The translations under genes and the position numbers were made by a program. Of a stretch of DNA of 64,000 nucleotides, positions 46,345 to 56,581 are shown in pieces. The DNA lies in IMG/VR virus record IMGVR_UViG_3300017752_000005; one strand, given 5' to 3'. The first letter of the stretch is position 1. Each line of letters begins with the position of its first letter. This DNA comes from an uncultured virus (IMG/VR IMGVR_UViG_3300017752_000005) (Duplodnaviria; Heunggongvirae; Uroviricota; Caudoviricetes). The notes under the pieces are model-generated. The model was not told where the DNA came from and made no database searches. It worked only from the letters and a program-made list of their open reading frames with translations.

Positions 46345-47460
46345 TTAAGCACCTGTGAGGACGATACCCGAAAGCCTACGGTCTTCGGTAACGATGCGAC
46401 CTTCTTCGATCTTACCATACCATCCTGTCTTGTTCTGACGAACTGCGAACTGGTCATCCACTTCAACAGTAACCTCAGTGGACGAACCCTCTTCCGTAAT
46501 GGTTGGGCGAATAAGTCCAGTGTTTCCACGATCAACACCGATGATGATTTCATCTTTGGTGTTATCAAAAGTAACAGGAGATCCAGCAGCGGTATTAACA
46601 GCATCGAAGATTTCGTTGTAACGCTGGTTAACACCAAGCTCAAGAATTTCGATGATTCCGATACCGAAAAGAGAAGGAAGACCACCTTGGCCCATGAGCG
46701 CCTCACGCATTGCGTCAGTAGCGTCAGTTCCGTGACTCTGAGTTTCGCTGACAGGATTGTAAGCGATGCTTCGGATGCTCTCAACTGCCTCTGGAGACAT
46801 GATGAGGTCAGAAACGCCAACCATAGAACCACCAACAGGAGTTCCGCTGGAGTAATTGCTCCAGATACGCTTAGAGCGAGTAACGAGAGCGTTGAAGTCA
46901 GCAAGCTGAAGACGATCATCAGCAAGAGTGCTGATAACGTGATTTCCAGCAGCAGCACTACCAGCAACTTTAGTGTCAGCAGCAACAAGTGCGCCGAGAA
47001 GCTGGTTTACAGAAGTCTTCTCTTGCTTGAGAAGGAATTCCTGTGCCATGCGAGTGAAGACAGCGGAAACAACGTCAACGCGAGCCTTACGAGCATACTT
47101 CTTGTCGAAACTCCAAGCGGAATCAAGAGAGTAGGTTTTGAATTTAAGTTCGTCTTGTGCAGGGAACATCTCGTTAGAGCTAAGTCCTCCAGCAACAGTT
47201 TGAGAGTGAACACGGATGTAGTCTTGGTCAGTTACGTCGTGCAATAGATCAAGAGGCATTGAAAGGTTGTCATCTTCGCTGAAGCTTGCAGTCGTGTAAA
47301 GCGACGAAATGCTAGGAGCGTTATTGATCACTTCGCTGATAACAGGACCAACGAGTTCTGCAACAGTAGCCTTCGCCTCGTAAGCAACGTCTCTATCCTT
47401 AGAGGCGACAGCTTTGATAAGTGCGATTTGATCTTCGGTTTTATCTAGTTTAATTTGCAT
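46345..47460 (-). CDS. Major capsid protein
   Basis: 371 aa; follows portal-protease/scaffold-decoration; strong codon bias and terminator; GWYGKIEEG C-terminus is HK97-like. Confidence 0.8.
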   Translation of the reverse strand: MQIKLDKTEDQIALIKAVASKDRDVAYEAKATVAELVGPVISEVINNAPSISSLYTTASFSEDDNLSMPLDLLHDVTDQDYIRVHSQTVAGGLSSNEMFPAQDELKFKTYSLDSAWSFDKKYARKARVDVVSAVFTRMAQEFLLKQEKTSVNQLLGALVAADTKVAGSAAAGNHVISTLADDRLQLADFNALVTRSKRIWSNYSSGTPVGGSMVGVSDLIMSPEAVESIRSIAYNPVSETQSHGTDATDAMREALMGQGGLPSLFGIGIIEILELGVNQRYNEIFDAVNTAAGSPVTFDNTKDEIIIGVDRGNTGLIRPTITEEGSSTEVTVEVDDQFAVRQNKTGWYGKIEEGRIVTEDRRLSGIVLTGA

Positions 47461-47494
47461 TTTTAAAGTCTTTCTTGAGGTTTATTGGTTTAAG

Positions 47495-48109
47495 TTATAC
47501 AGAGAATTTAAGCATTGCATATGGACCTGCAAGAGAGTCTGTTGATTGTTGAGATACACGAAGACCAGTCCCAAGGATAGTTCCAACCGTGTCGGCTTTC
47601 TGTTGAGCAGAAGCGGAAGCTGCGCTCACACCAGTGATTTGACCATTAGCTGCAAGAACAGCGAGATCACCAACGTTAGGAGTAGCTCCACCAGCAAGAC
47701 CCCTGACGTTAACTTCAACGGTTCCGCGAGAAACGATAGGGTTAGCTTCTCCAGAAACAACGCACTGAAGCTCCTCTTTTTTCTGAGGATAGAAGTGAAG
47801 GCTTTCGCCGTTTTCGTCAATTTCGCGAACGTCGCGAGTGATCATGCCGATAACAACTCCACCGTCTCCAGTTCCAGCAGCAGTTACTTTACGAGTAACT
47901 TCTGGATACTGAGAAGTGGCATTGCCAAGGCTGTTTGCGAAAGCGTCGGGTCGATTAACGTAAGCAACAGGATCGTCCGAGAGGTTAGCAGCGGAGACTT
48001 TAACAAAAGTTCCAGCTTCTCCAGATGCAGCATCCAGAGCGAACATGTTGACTTCGCTTTTCGGGTCGAAGTTTCGGTTAGGAAGTAGTCGAGTAATTAC
48101 TTGTGCCAT
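47495..48109 (-). CDS. Putative capsid decoration/cement protein
   Basis: 204-aa Ala/Gly-rich ORF between scaffold and capsid genes, same codon bias. Confidence 0.6.
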   Translation of the reverse strand: MAQVITRLLPNRNFDPKSEVNMFALDAASGEAGTFVKVSAANLSDDPVAYVNRPDAFANSLGNATSQYPEVTRKVTAAGTGDGGVVIGMITRDVREIDENGESLHFYPQKKEELQCVVSGEANPIVSRGTVEVNVRGLAGGATPNVGDLAVLAANGQITGVSAASASAQQKADTVGTILGTGLRVSQQSTDSLAGPYAMLKFSV

Positions 48110-48142
48110 GATGTTTTAGTTTATTTTTAAATCTTTGGGTTA

Positions 48143-49681
48143 TTAGTTTTCAAGTTGAAGTCCAGCCTTTTTGAGCCTGTCGAAAAGATTTTCTTCAGTT
48201 GAATCGTCACCGTTGTTGTTTGTTACACAGGAATCGGAACTTTCGGAGGTTTCAATTTCGTCCCCACCTTCTTTTTCTTCTTCGCCTTCAGCTTCTTCAG
48301 CTTCGCCTTCAGCTTCTTCAGCTTCGCCTTCTTGCTCAGAAGCTTTGGACTCTTCAATTTCGTCGTGCTTCTTTTCAGCTTCTTCTGCTGCTTCAACTGC
48401 TGCAACGGCTTCCTTTGTTTTGTCAGCAAAAAGAATTTTTGCTTCGGTTAAATAAGATTCAAAATCTTCGTCAGTCTCAATATCTTTAATTTGCTTGGCT
48501 ACGATTGCCTCAACTTCTTCATTAAGTTCAAACACGCTTGCCATAGCTTCCATGCGACCATTGTATTTTTCAGCGGCTTTACGCATCTCCAAGTCCGACT
48601 TCAGAGCAACCAAAGATTCGGTCGCAGAAGAAAGTTGCTTTTTAAGCTCTTCCATTTCTTTCTTATAGTCTTCCTCCCTCTCTTTGGCAGCTTCGCTAGA
48701 AGATTTCCAATCTTTAGCAGCGTCCTCAAGAACGGTGGCAAATTTTTCGCCTACAGTAGAGGCGGTTGATTCGTTAATATCGAAAGCACCAATTTGGTCT
48801 TCGATATGTTTTTTCAATTCGTTAAATTGCTCTTCGGTCATAATATCACTATTATCGTTTTTATCGTTTACAGGAGTTTCTTGGTTTTCGGAACTTTTTT
48901 TATTACTATTGGATGTTTTTTCTTGGTCTTCTTTGTTAATTAAATCTACTAAGGAATATACTCCTTTTACTTGAGCGGCTGGATTTTCTGTTAAAGCTGC
49001 TCCTACTGGAATTATCTTTCCATCAAATAATCTGCTAACAGGTCCATCTTTTTTACCGCCTTTGCCACCGCTTGATTTTAATTCCTTATCATATTTTTCA
49101 TATTCAGCGGAACCCTCTTCATAAATTTTACATTCTGATAACAACTCGCTACCAACACATACTTTGTATTTTGAAAAGGCAATCTCCCAAGAAGAAGAAT
49201 AAGCCTGATAAGACGGGTCTTCTGGATTAGAAGCCTTCATAATAGCTTTAGATAAATCTGGATATACATGTTTGTATATTACAGCAGCTACTGAAATGAA
49301 GAATGGATCATCTCTATCTAGAAAATCTTCTACTGAGTTCTCTAAGTAATCTGGCTCTTTATCTGAAAAGCTCGCATTTACAATATGCCCAACAATATCG
49401 GGCTTGTAATGTTCAATATTTAAAGGCTTATGTATAAACTTTTTAATTATCTGTGCTGCGCGAACAGTATCAATCCCGTCTCCATTTGCGTTGAACTTAT
49501 TTACAACGCCTAAATTAAAAACAACTGGAAGCAAATCAAATGATTCACTTACACCTACTTCTTTAGGAAAAAGACTACTAGCCTGAGATATAAAAGCTGC
49601 TTTGGATACTCCCATCTTTTCATAATCAGAAGAATCAATAGCGCGAACGATGCCTGTTAACTTAAATTTATTACTTGACAT
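48143..49681 (-). CDS. Prohead protease fused to acidic coiled-coil scaffold
   Basis: NANGDG, LNIEH, SSSWEI, AALTENPAAQV; C-terminal Glu/Ala-rich coiled coil. Confidence 0.75.
   Translation of the reverse strand: MSSNKFKLTGIVRAIDSSDYEKMGVSKAAFISQASSLFPKEVGVSESFDLLPVVFNLGVVNKFNANGDGIDTVRAAQIIKKFIHKPLNIEHYKPDIVGHIVNASFSDKEPDYLENSVEDFLDRDDPFFISVAAVIYKHVYPDLSKAIMKASNPEDPSYQAYSSSWEIAFSKYKVCVGSELLSECKIYEEGSAEYEKYDKELKSSGGKGGKKDGPVSRLFDGKIIPVGAALTENPAAQVKGVYSLVDLINKEDQEKTSNSNKKSSENQETPVNDKNDNSDIMTEEQFNELKKHIEDQIGAFDINESTASTVGEKFATVLEDAAKDWKSSSEAAKEREEDYKKEMEELKKQLSSATESLVALKSDLEMRKAAEKYNGRMEAMASVFELNEEVEAIVAKQIKDIETDEDFESYLTEAKILFADKTKEAVAAVEAAEEAEKKHDEIEESKASEQEGEAEEAEGEAEEAEGEEEKEGGDEIETSESSDSCVTNNNGDDSTEENLFDRLKKAGLQLEN
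48281..48331. repeat. 21-nt tandem repeat (about 2.4 copies) encoding EGEAEEA in the scaffold
   Basis: ttcgccttcagcttcttcagc x2 plus ttcgccttc. Confidence 0.85.
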
Positions 49682-51719
49682 TATCTATTTTTGTGGAATG
49701 GTAAAGAAGAGCAGCGGCGTAGTCATCGAGTTGATGCTCTGCTGCAAGACTTAATACACTAGGATGAGTGCTTAAAGTTAAAAGTTTTGAGTTATTTAAA
49801 ACTACTTCTTCTAAATCCCGCTCCCAATTCGTAGCATCAGAATTGATAATAACTGCGCTACAAAGATCAGTTATAAGCTTTTTCTTTTCTTTATTGAAAC
49901 GCTTAATTCCCAGTTCCTTCTTATAGATTTGTTTAGCTAGAGATTCAAGACCTTTAGCTGATTCTACCACTTCCATCAAAGCTGAGTTGGAATAAGAAAC
50001 TGCGCCCATCGGTCTGCCACCAGAAGGAGCGGATACAGTTGCAGATTTCTTTTGATCCCTACCAGTTGTTCTTTTTTTCTTATCAGAGATTTTATTAATT
50101 GAAAGAGCTTCAACATCTTCTGTGTCTTCTCCCTCATCTTCTTTTATCAATGCCTGACCACCAACGACAGGAACATAATAACCCTTTTCTCTGGCTTTAA
50201 GATATTTTCTTTGAGAAGCTTCCATCTCTTCGGCTTTAGGAAAGTGACCTTTGTTAATGGTTTCCATTCCCTGCTCTGGAGTTAAAACGCCAAGCTCCAT
50301 CATACGAGCAATAAGCCTTTGAGAACTTTCTTTTGCTATCGTTTCTTTTTTGTTAAAGACAGCTTTGGGAACTTCTCTAAAACCCATTTTTCTACAAACC
50401 CTATTAATCTCAGGTTGTAAAAAGTCTTTCAAAAACCTTGATCTTGATTCTTCAAGTCTGTCAAAGAATATTTGAACTTTTAACTCAGTATCAGAATACT
50501 TGGATTCTCCAAGAAGAATGTTGCCCAAGCCCTCTTGAATATCTTTGTTGAGAACTTCATATTTTTCCTTACCCATGACCTTTTTAAGATCAGGCTGTAA
50601 GAACTCGCCTTTGGTCGTGTAATCGGAAACAATTGCTCTCCCAACACTATTGCTTTCAAGAAGCTCGCGCATAGCTGCAACGTTTTTGTGGTTAATGCCG
50701 CCTTTATCTGGCTCTGCACCCATAGTGATTAATAGTATCACATTTTCAATAGAGCGAGCCATAGCTTGATCTATCTTTTTAAGTTCTGCCTTTTTGTTTA
50801 GATCATCAAGAACAGAAAAGCCCATCGGCACTGCCAATGGTTCGTAATCTTGTTTTTTATAAAATACAGGGTGAAAAAGCTCTACGTCTAAGTCTAATAG
50901 AATCTCTTGATTCAAGGTGTTGACGGCATTGTAAGATTCAATTTGTTTTTTTACCCTCTCAGGAAGCCCATTGTAAATGTTCTGAGCCTCTGGATGATCT
51001 TCTCTATTCTTTAGTCTAGCAATTTCAAAAGGCGTAAGTGTTTTAGTGTAAGCAAAGCTTCCAAAAGCCAATTGATCTGCCACCTTAATATCAGAAGGAT
51101 TTAAAAGAATATATTTTACTGGAACTTTTTCTTTGGCTGCGTGAGAAGTCAGACTAAAGTTAGTTATTGTTTTGGGCATCACGTTTGCTTCTAATTGATA
51201 TAGATATACATTGCCAGAACGATAATACTCTCTAAAAAATTGTTCCTTCAGATCGTGAATTCTAATAAGATTTAACCAAGAATTAATAAACTTACGACTA
51301 GATGAGTTTCCACCTTTTAAATGAAGCTCTGCATCTGCAAATTCTGATAGAAGATCAATAGTGCTTCTAAAGACTGCAATGTTAAAGTAAGCTTTTTGAC
51401 AAAGAAGAACAGCGTCAGAAACGCCAACACAATCACGACTATATTGAAAAGGAAGCAAACCTTCGTCAATATTAGCGTATTGATCTCTTATGCCGCCCGT
51501 AGCAGCCATGTTTCTGCTCTTGCTTTTTCTTCTTCCGCTTGGATTACTTAATCTACTAGCGGTTGATTCTAAATCTAGAAGTGGATCTCCAAATGTAAAC
51601 GGCTCAAAATCTGTATTAACGTTCTCTACAGGTTGCGTCGGTGGAGGGTTCTGGAGTCTTCCTTCTGATAAATTGTTCCAGTATTCTATATTACGTTTTT
51701 TATAGGGACGCTTTGCCAT
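49671..51719 (-). CDS. Portal protein
   Basis: FRSTIDLLSEF, FFREYYRSGNV, LLNP, FLQPEI, SGGRP; start re-assigned to ATG 51719 (MAKRPY) with GTGTAA 8 nt upstream. Confidence 0.8.
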   Translation of the reverse strand: MAKRPYKKRNIEYWNNLSEGRLQNPPPTQPVENVNTDFEPFTFGDPLLDLESTASRLSNPSGRRKSKSRNMAATGGIRDQYANIDEGLLPFQYSRDCVGVSDAVLLCQKAYFNIAVFRSTIDLLSEFADAELHLKGGNSSSRKFINSWLNLIRIHDLKEQFFREYYRSGNVYLYQLEANVMPKTITNFSLTSHAAKEKVPVKYILLNPSDIKVADQLAFGSFAYTKTLTPFEIARLKNREDHPEAQNIYNGLPERVKKQIESYNAVNTLNQEILLDLDVELFHPVFYKKQDYEPLAVPMGFSVLDDLNKKAELKKIDQAMARSIENVILLITMGAEPDKGGINHKNVAAMRELLESNSVGRAIVSDYTTKGEFLQPDLKKVMGKEKYEVLNKDIQEGLGNILLGESKYSDTELKVQIFFDRLEESRSRFLKDFLQPEINRVCRKMGFREVPKAVFNKKETIAKESSQRLIARMMELGVLTPEQGMETINKGHFPKAEEMEASQRKYLKAREKGYYVPVVGGQALIKEDEGEDTEDVEALSINKISDKKKRTTGRDQKKSATVSAPSGGRPMGAVSYSNSALMEVVESAKGLESLAKQIYKKELGIKRFNKEKKKLITDLCSAVIINSDATNWERDLEEVVLNNSKLLTLSTHPSVLSLAAEHQLDDYAAALLYHSTKIDNVK

Positions 51720-51881
51720 GTCTATTCTTACACAAAAAGTCATCAAAGTTAAAAAATTGTTGACTTTTATATCTTTCTTATTTGTATTTTAATGAAATTA
51801 AAAAGAAAAAACAATTTAAAAGAATAATCTTATAACTTACATGGAGCGAAGATCGAGCGTTGACTTGTGTAATAGTTATAA

Positions 51882-52505
51882 ATGAAAAACATTAGAATTC
51901 ATAAAGATATTGTTTTTGAAAAAGATTTCCAACCCTTCCTTGAATATGCTCAAGACTACATTATAAAAAATAACGGACGATTAATTATTAAAAATGTAAA
52001 ATACCTGTCAGACGGTGGAAGGCATAGCGGCTCTTGCGACGGAAAAGAAATAATTATAGCTGGTAAATCCACTAAGTTCATGGAAGTGTTCGTCCATGAA
52101 TTCGCTCATTTTACTCAAGCTGTAGATAAAATACCTTTATGGGTAGAGGGTTCTGATGTAACCCGCTTTTGGGATTGGCTCGCAAAAGAAGAAAGTAACG
52201 ATGGCATAAGACTTTGGGATGATCTTATTGATGTCATACTTGTCGAAAGGGACTGCGAGCTAAGGTCTTTAAAACTTATAAAAAAGTTTGATATCCCAAT
52301 TTGCGTAAAGGATTATACTAAGTCGGCTAACTTGTATTTATATTACTACCATTTTTGTTTCTTAAAAAGAAAATGGATGAACAATTATACAGAAGTTTAC
52401 GGATCAGAACTTATTTCTAAAATGCCCGAAAAAATCATATCAAAGTCAAAAATAAGTAACATTGACATGAATATGATGAAACTCTTTGAGAAAGTCTTGG
52501 GTTAG
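51882..52505 (+). CDS. Putative zinc metallopeptidase-like protein (HExxH)
   Basis: VFVHEFAHFTQ and downstream ERDCE. Confidence 0.7.
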   Translation: MKNIRIHKDIVFEKDFQPFLEYAQDYIIKNNGRLIIKNVKYLSDGGRHSGSCDGKEIIIAGKSTKFMEVFVHEFAHFTQAVDKIPLWVEGSDVTRFWDWLAKEESNDGIRLWDDLIDVILVERDCELRSLKLIKKFDIPICVKDYTKSANLYLYYYHFCFLKRKWMNNYTEVYGSELISKMPEKIISKSKISNIDMNMMKLFEKVLG

Positions 52506-52508
52506 ACT

Positions 52509-53219
52509 CTATCCTATAAAGTAATCTACAATACCTTTGGTATAAATTTCTTCCAAGATATTCTTGTCTCTATAGTAAGTAGTCTCTTCCTGATTAGAAC
52601 CAAAATAAGGCTCTGTAATAACAGAAGGGCAATGAGTCTTTGAAAGGAAGCCAGAACCTCTATCACTAGAAGTTTTAGATTTGATGCCCCTATTTTTCAT
52701 TTGCGGGGTCTTTTCTTCTTGAGCTTTTAGCAAAGAGTCCGCTAAAGCTTTGGACGAGCTACTTGAGTGCCAGTAAAGATATTCATAACCAGCCGCGCTT
52801 GGAGAGGCACTATTAAAATGTAGTTCAATAGCTATGTCAGCATCATACTTTTTAACCTGATCCCCTATCCAAGACATAGCTGATCCATAACCGCTGCCTT
52901 CGTAATAATCAAAAACTTTACTTTCAATACCGTGAGATGATAATTTTTGGCTAAGATTGTGAGCGATTTGACCATTGTATGTGTGTTCTGAAACTCCGTC
53001 AGTATTAACCGCTCCGTTATCGCCACTTCTACTGTGACCGACACATATGGCTACCTTTTTTCCAGTAGGCTCAACTGGAACCTCAATAGGCTCAGTAGGC
53101 TGCTCGTCTTCTTGTTCTTTCATTTCTTTTAACAATGAGTCTAATTTAACGCCCTCCCATTCCAATGCTTTTTGAATATCCAAAAGCTGTTTATACTGTT
53201 TATCGGAAACTCTCATCAT
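52509..53219 (-). CDS. N-acetylmuramoyl-L-alanine amidase (Amidase_3), likely endolysin
   Basis: VAICVGH, E, IELHFNS, VITEPYFGSN. Confidence 0.9.
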   Translation of the reverse strand: MMRVSDKQYKQLLDIQKALEWEGVKLDSLLKEMKEQEDEQPTEPIEVPVEPTGKKVAICVGHSRSGDNGAVNTDGVSEHTYNGQIAHNLSQKLSSHGIESKVFDYYEGSGYGSAMSWIGDQVKKYDADIAIELHFNSASPSAAGYEYLYWHSSSSSKALADSLLKAQEEKTPQMKNRGIKSKTSSDRGSGFLSKTHCPSVITEPYFGSNQEETTYYRDKNILEEIYTKGIVDYFIG

Positions 53220-53265
53220 AATAAATTACACATTAAACGATTCAATATATGTGTAATTAGTTTAA

Positions 53266-53775
53266 ATGACAAGATTTTTATTTCTGCTATACCCAATTGT
53301 AATATTATTTCTTTCTAGTTGCGGAGGCGTAAGAGAAAGAACTCCAGAGAACCCAATTACAAAGGAAGAATCAGTGTCTGTTCAAAAGATAGTTTTTAAA
53401 AACATTTACAGAGATGTTCCTAAATGGGAAGAAGATGCCAAGGCTGGTGTGATCGAAGGCTTCAACAAATCAAAAGGCGCTCATAGATATAAGACATTTT
53501 TTGAAGAGTCTGATAATCAAGTAGGTTTAAAAATCAGTTATTTCCCAAGAAGGTATGGTTCACGGTGGTCGCCTCATTACAAGGGTGAAACTTATGGATA
53601 CTTCCAGAAGGGCGGGGGCATCATACCCCCATCAGTAGGTATTACGGATAGGTTTCAAAATGACCCTAAATCCTTATCATACATCGCCTCACATGAAGCT
53701 GATCATTTTTTTGGTAGAGAACACACTAAAGATAAAATAGGCTGGAAACCTTGGCCTACTGAAGCCGTAAAGTAA
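53266..53775 (+). CDS. Predicted lipoprotein with metzincin-type zinc motif
   Basis: Signal peptide with lipobox LSSC; HEADHFFGREH (HExxHxxGxxH). Confidence 0.7.
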   Translation: MTRFLFLLYPIVILFLSSCGGVRERTPENPITKEESVSVQKIVFKNIYRDVPKWEEDAKAGVIEGFNKSKGAHRYKTFFEESDNQVGLKISYFPRRYGSRWSPHYKGETYGYFQKGGGIIPPSVGITDRFQNDPKSLSYIASHEADHFFGREHTKDKIGWKPWPTEAVK

Positions 53776-55668
53776 TCAAGCACCAAAAGGCGTAAAGGTG
53801 TCAAAGGTCTTGACTTCTTCTGTTGTATTCATTGCGTCAAAATAAGTTTTGATAGCCCAATTACCCAATACAAGCGCAGAATAATTATCTTTTCTTGGTT
53901 TGTTCGGTCCAGTTTGACGAGACATATGTGGCGGCAATCTAAAGGTTTGAGAACCTTGAGGATTTGTCACCACTTCTACGTTAGCACATTGCTGTTTTGT
54001 TTGTTCTATTTTAGAAACCTGATGATCTAAGAAATCAATTTTAGCAGCACCAGAAGACTGTTTTTTAACCCTTGTGTCCCATTTTAAATCGTCAATAGGA
54101 ATATTTTTCTTTCTTTGTTTATTAAAATTTTCATCATGCGCTGGAGCAGCAAATAATATTCTTTTATGGTCGATGTTAGCTTGGAGCAATTCGTTAGCTT
54201 GTCTGATCCAATTAGAAGAAGGTTTTCTTAAAATACAATACTTATGCTGAGTTGGAGCAAGCTCTCTTTTGAAGGTATTTAAATCTTTAAGGTATGTCTC
54301 AGGCTTATCAAACTCGCCTTCTGTTTCTATGCCACTAAGATGGATTTTGCTTTCTTTAAATAGCTCACTCTCGTTGCAAGCAGAAACAAACTGAACGCCG
54401 CCAGCATAATCCAATACGACACACTGCACATTGAAATTTGTTATTAAGTAATGAAAATATTGAATATGTTTTTTAAGTCCTGTTCCAGCAAGACCGTAAG
54501 CATGGACCAGACAGCCCTTCTGAGAGCTTTCATCTAATTCGAATACTTCCATAGCAAAATCATCAGACCCGCTATCCTCAGACCAAGAGGGGTCAATTGC
54601 GACCACATACTTACGGTCAGGGTTTCCCGCTATCTGAACAAAAGGTGCATCTCCGTCTGGAACTGTGCAAGCCGCCATTTTAGAAAGCTTAAAATATGAA
54701 TCTGATTCTGATACAAATTGACCGCCATACTCTTTATTGAATACAGCCTCAGACATAGTTTGCTTTGCTACTTGAAGTTGATTTTTGTCATAAAGAGCCT
54801 TTGGCGCACAATCGTAACTCAACTGAAAGATAATCCTGTAAGCATCTGCATCAAACTCTTCATCTACATCGGTCCTAATATCAACACCTAATATAGCATC
54901 TCTGTATTGACAATAAAGTTCATACATATACTCGAAAGTATAAGAAGGAGAAGAAAGCATGATCAGTTTGTTGTTGATCCATTTATACCTATCCTCTTCT
55001 TTCATTTTTCCATTGGCAATCAATTCATCTTCTAGTAATGCCAAGTCCTCTCGCTCTGTCGGGTTGTCGATAACCCCAAGAAAAGGTAGAATAACTTCTT
55101 GAAAAATATTTTTTGGGATATTTAAAAACTCATCCAATAGTAGAACAGAAAAACGAAAACCCCTGAGTCGAGAACCGTCTGCTAGAGGTAGCGCCATAGC
55201 TTTGCTCATTCCACAACTCAAAGTCCATTGATCTGTTCCTTTCTGTAAAGTAAACATAGGAGATGCCATAGCAGCGGCGGGTTTTTTGAGTATGTCTTCG
55301 CATTTTTGCAATATAAATTTAGCTTGTCTAAAACCACTAGAAAGAACTCCAATATTTATGCCTTGTCTGAATATTAATTGAAGCATCACATAAATCGCAG
55401 CAGACCACGTTTTAGACATACCGCGAGATAGCACGAACATTGAGAAGTCGCCAATCATCATTGCCTTAATAAGCATTGCTTGAAAAGGAAACAGCTTCAT
55501 CCCAATAATCATCTCTGATGCTAATGAAATATTATTCCTTAAAAATTTACATAAGAGAACCTTAGCTTCACCCTCTTGGATAAAACCCTCTTTCTCTAAC
55601 ACCTCTTCGTTTACAGCCCTCGCAGAATATTCCATGCGGCGACCTTGAATTCCTTTACTCCAAGCCAT
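53776..55668 (-). CDS. terL: Terminase large subunit
   Basis: LFPFQ, Walker A-like SRGMSKT, Walker B LLLDE, LSSP, EYGGQF, nuclease AIDPS, KDNYSAL. Confidence 0.9.
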   Translation of the reverse strand: MAWSKGIQGRRMEYSARAVNEEVLEKEGFIQEGEAKVLLCKFLRNNISLASEMIIGMKLFPFQAMLIKAMMIGDFSMFVLSRGMSKTWSAAIYVMLQLIFRQGINIGVLSSGFRQAKFILQKCEDILKKPAAAMASPMFTLQKGTDQWTLSCGMSKAMALPLADGSRLRGFRFSVLLLDEFLNIPKNIFQEVILPFLGVIDNPTEREDLALLEDELIANGKMKEEDRYKWINNKLIMLSSPSYTFEYMYELYCQYRDAILGVDIRTDVDEEFDADAYRIIFQLSYDCAPKALYDKNQLQVAKQTMSEAVFNKEYGGQFVSESDSYFKLSKMAACTVPDGDAPFVQIAGNPDRKYVVAIDPSWSEDSGSDDFAMEVFELDESSQKGCLVHAYGLAGTGLKKHIQYFHYLITNFNVQCVVLDYAGGVQFVSACNESELFKESKIHLSGIETEGEFDKPETYLKDLNTFKRELAPTQHKYCILRKPSSNWIRQANELLQANIDHKRILFAAPAHDENFNKQRKKNIPIDDLKWDTRVKKQSSGAAKIDFLDHQVSKIEQTKQQCANVEVVTNPQGSQTFRLPPHMSRQTGPNKPRKDNYSALVLGNWAIKTYFDAMNTTEEVKTFDTFTPFGA

Positions 55669-56581
55669 GTCTTTTATCTAAAAAATATTGAAAATCGCAG
55701 TCCCATAAAATAGGACCATTAAATAATATACGTTTTGTTATATCATTAGCTTCTCCTCTACTATCGCAGAATACAATTTGACTATTATCTGGATAAGAAA
55801 GAAGAAAGTCTCTTACATTATGAAAAATATAATTTAACCTAGAAGGATGTTTCGAAATCTCGTTTTCTTGTTCTATTTGCTTTATGCTGGCTTCAACAAC
55901 TACAAAAAGATAAGAATCAAACTGCTTCGCCCTTTCCGCTTCTTGTTTGAACCTTTGATAACCTTTTCCAAATGTTCCTTTAAAATCCTCCAAGCTCTTT
56001 CTGTCTACGTAAGTTTTATTAAAAAAATTTCCAGAAGCAACGTAGTCGCCAAAATCTAATTTATTGATAATGCTATTTTTAAATTCAAAAGGCTTTTGCT
56101 CTCTAGTGTCTACAAAGACCGTCATTTCATCTAGCCCCTTGTCTCTATCCCAAAAGCTCTTAGGCAATTTTTCTGTATATATTTGCCTCAAATCAGATTG
56201 ATCAGCAAAACAAGCACAAGATTCAAATAATTTTTTGATAACCTTAACACCAGAGAGCTTACTAAATTTAAAGTAATTATCGCAAGGAATGAAGTCTATA
56301 TTTTTATATTTAGCGTGAGTTAAAAATTCTTCTAAATATACTTTACGAGATTCTGAAGCTGGAGTAGAGGAGTAATAAGCCTCTCTGTTTTCTGATGAAT
56401 TAAAAAATGTAGAGAAGTATCTATCTTTGTTCTTGAACTTTATTAGAGATCCATCGTATAAATCCAAGCGAGGATAGTGGGTATGATAATACACCTCTTG
56501 ACCCCCATGAACCTTAACGTGAGAGTGAAGACCACGTAATGTTTTAAATGTAGCGCCACATTGCTTACAAGTAACACTCAT
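55655..56581 (-). CDS. C2H2 zinc finger plus ERCC4/XPF-type nuclease
   Basis: CKQC...H...H; VDTREQKP, LDFGDY, DRKSLEDF, VVE. Confidence 0.85.
   Translation of the reverse strand: MSVTCKQCGATFKTLRGLHSHVKVHGGQEVYYHTHYPRLDLYDGSLIKFKNKDRYFSTFFNSSENREAYYSSTPASESRKVYLEEFLTHAKYKNIDFIPCDNYFKFSKLSGVKVIKKLFESCACFADQSDLRQIYTEKLPKSFWDRDKGLDEMTVFVDTREQKPFEFKNSIINKLDFGDYVASGNFFNKTYVDRKSLEDFKGTFGKGYQRFKQEAERAKQFDSYLFVVVEASIKQIEQENEISKHPSRLNYIFHNVRDFLLSYPDNSQIVFCDSRGEANDITKRILFNGPILWDCDFQYFLDKRHGLE

Noticed and set aside
46326..48088. Long alternative-frame and antisense ORFs over the capsid and decoration genes (46326..46988, 46687..47247, 47546..48088)
   Set aside because: Shadow ORFs caused by strong codon bias in highly expressed genes; no motifs or expression signals.
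51792..51827. Tiny ORF MKLKRKNNLKE after a TTGACT hexamer
   Set aside because: 11 codons of low-complexity A-rich sequence and no correctly spaced -10.
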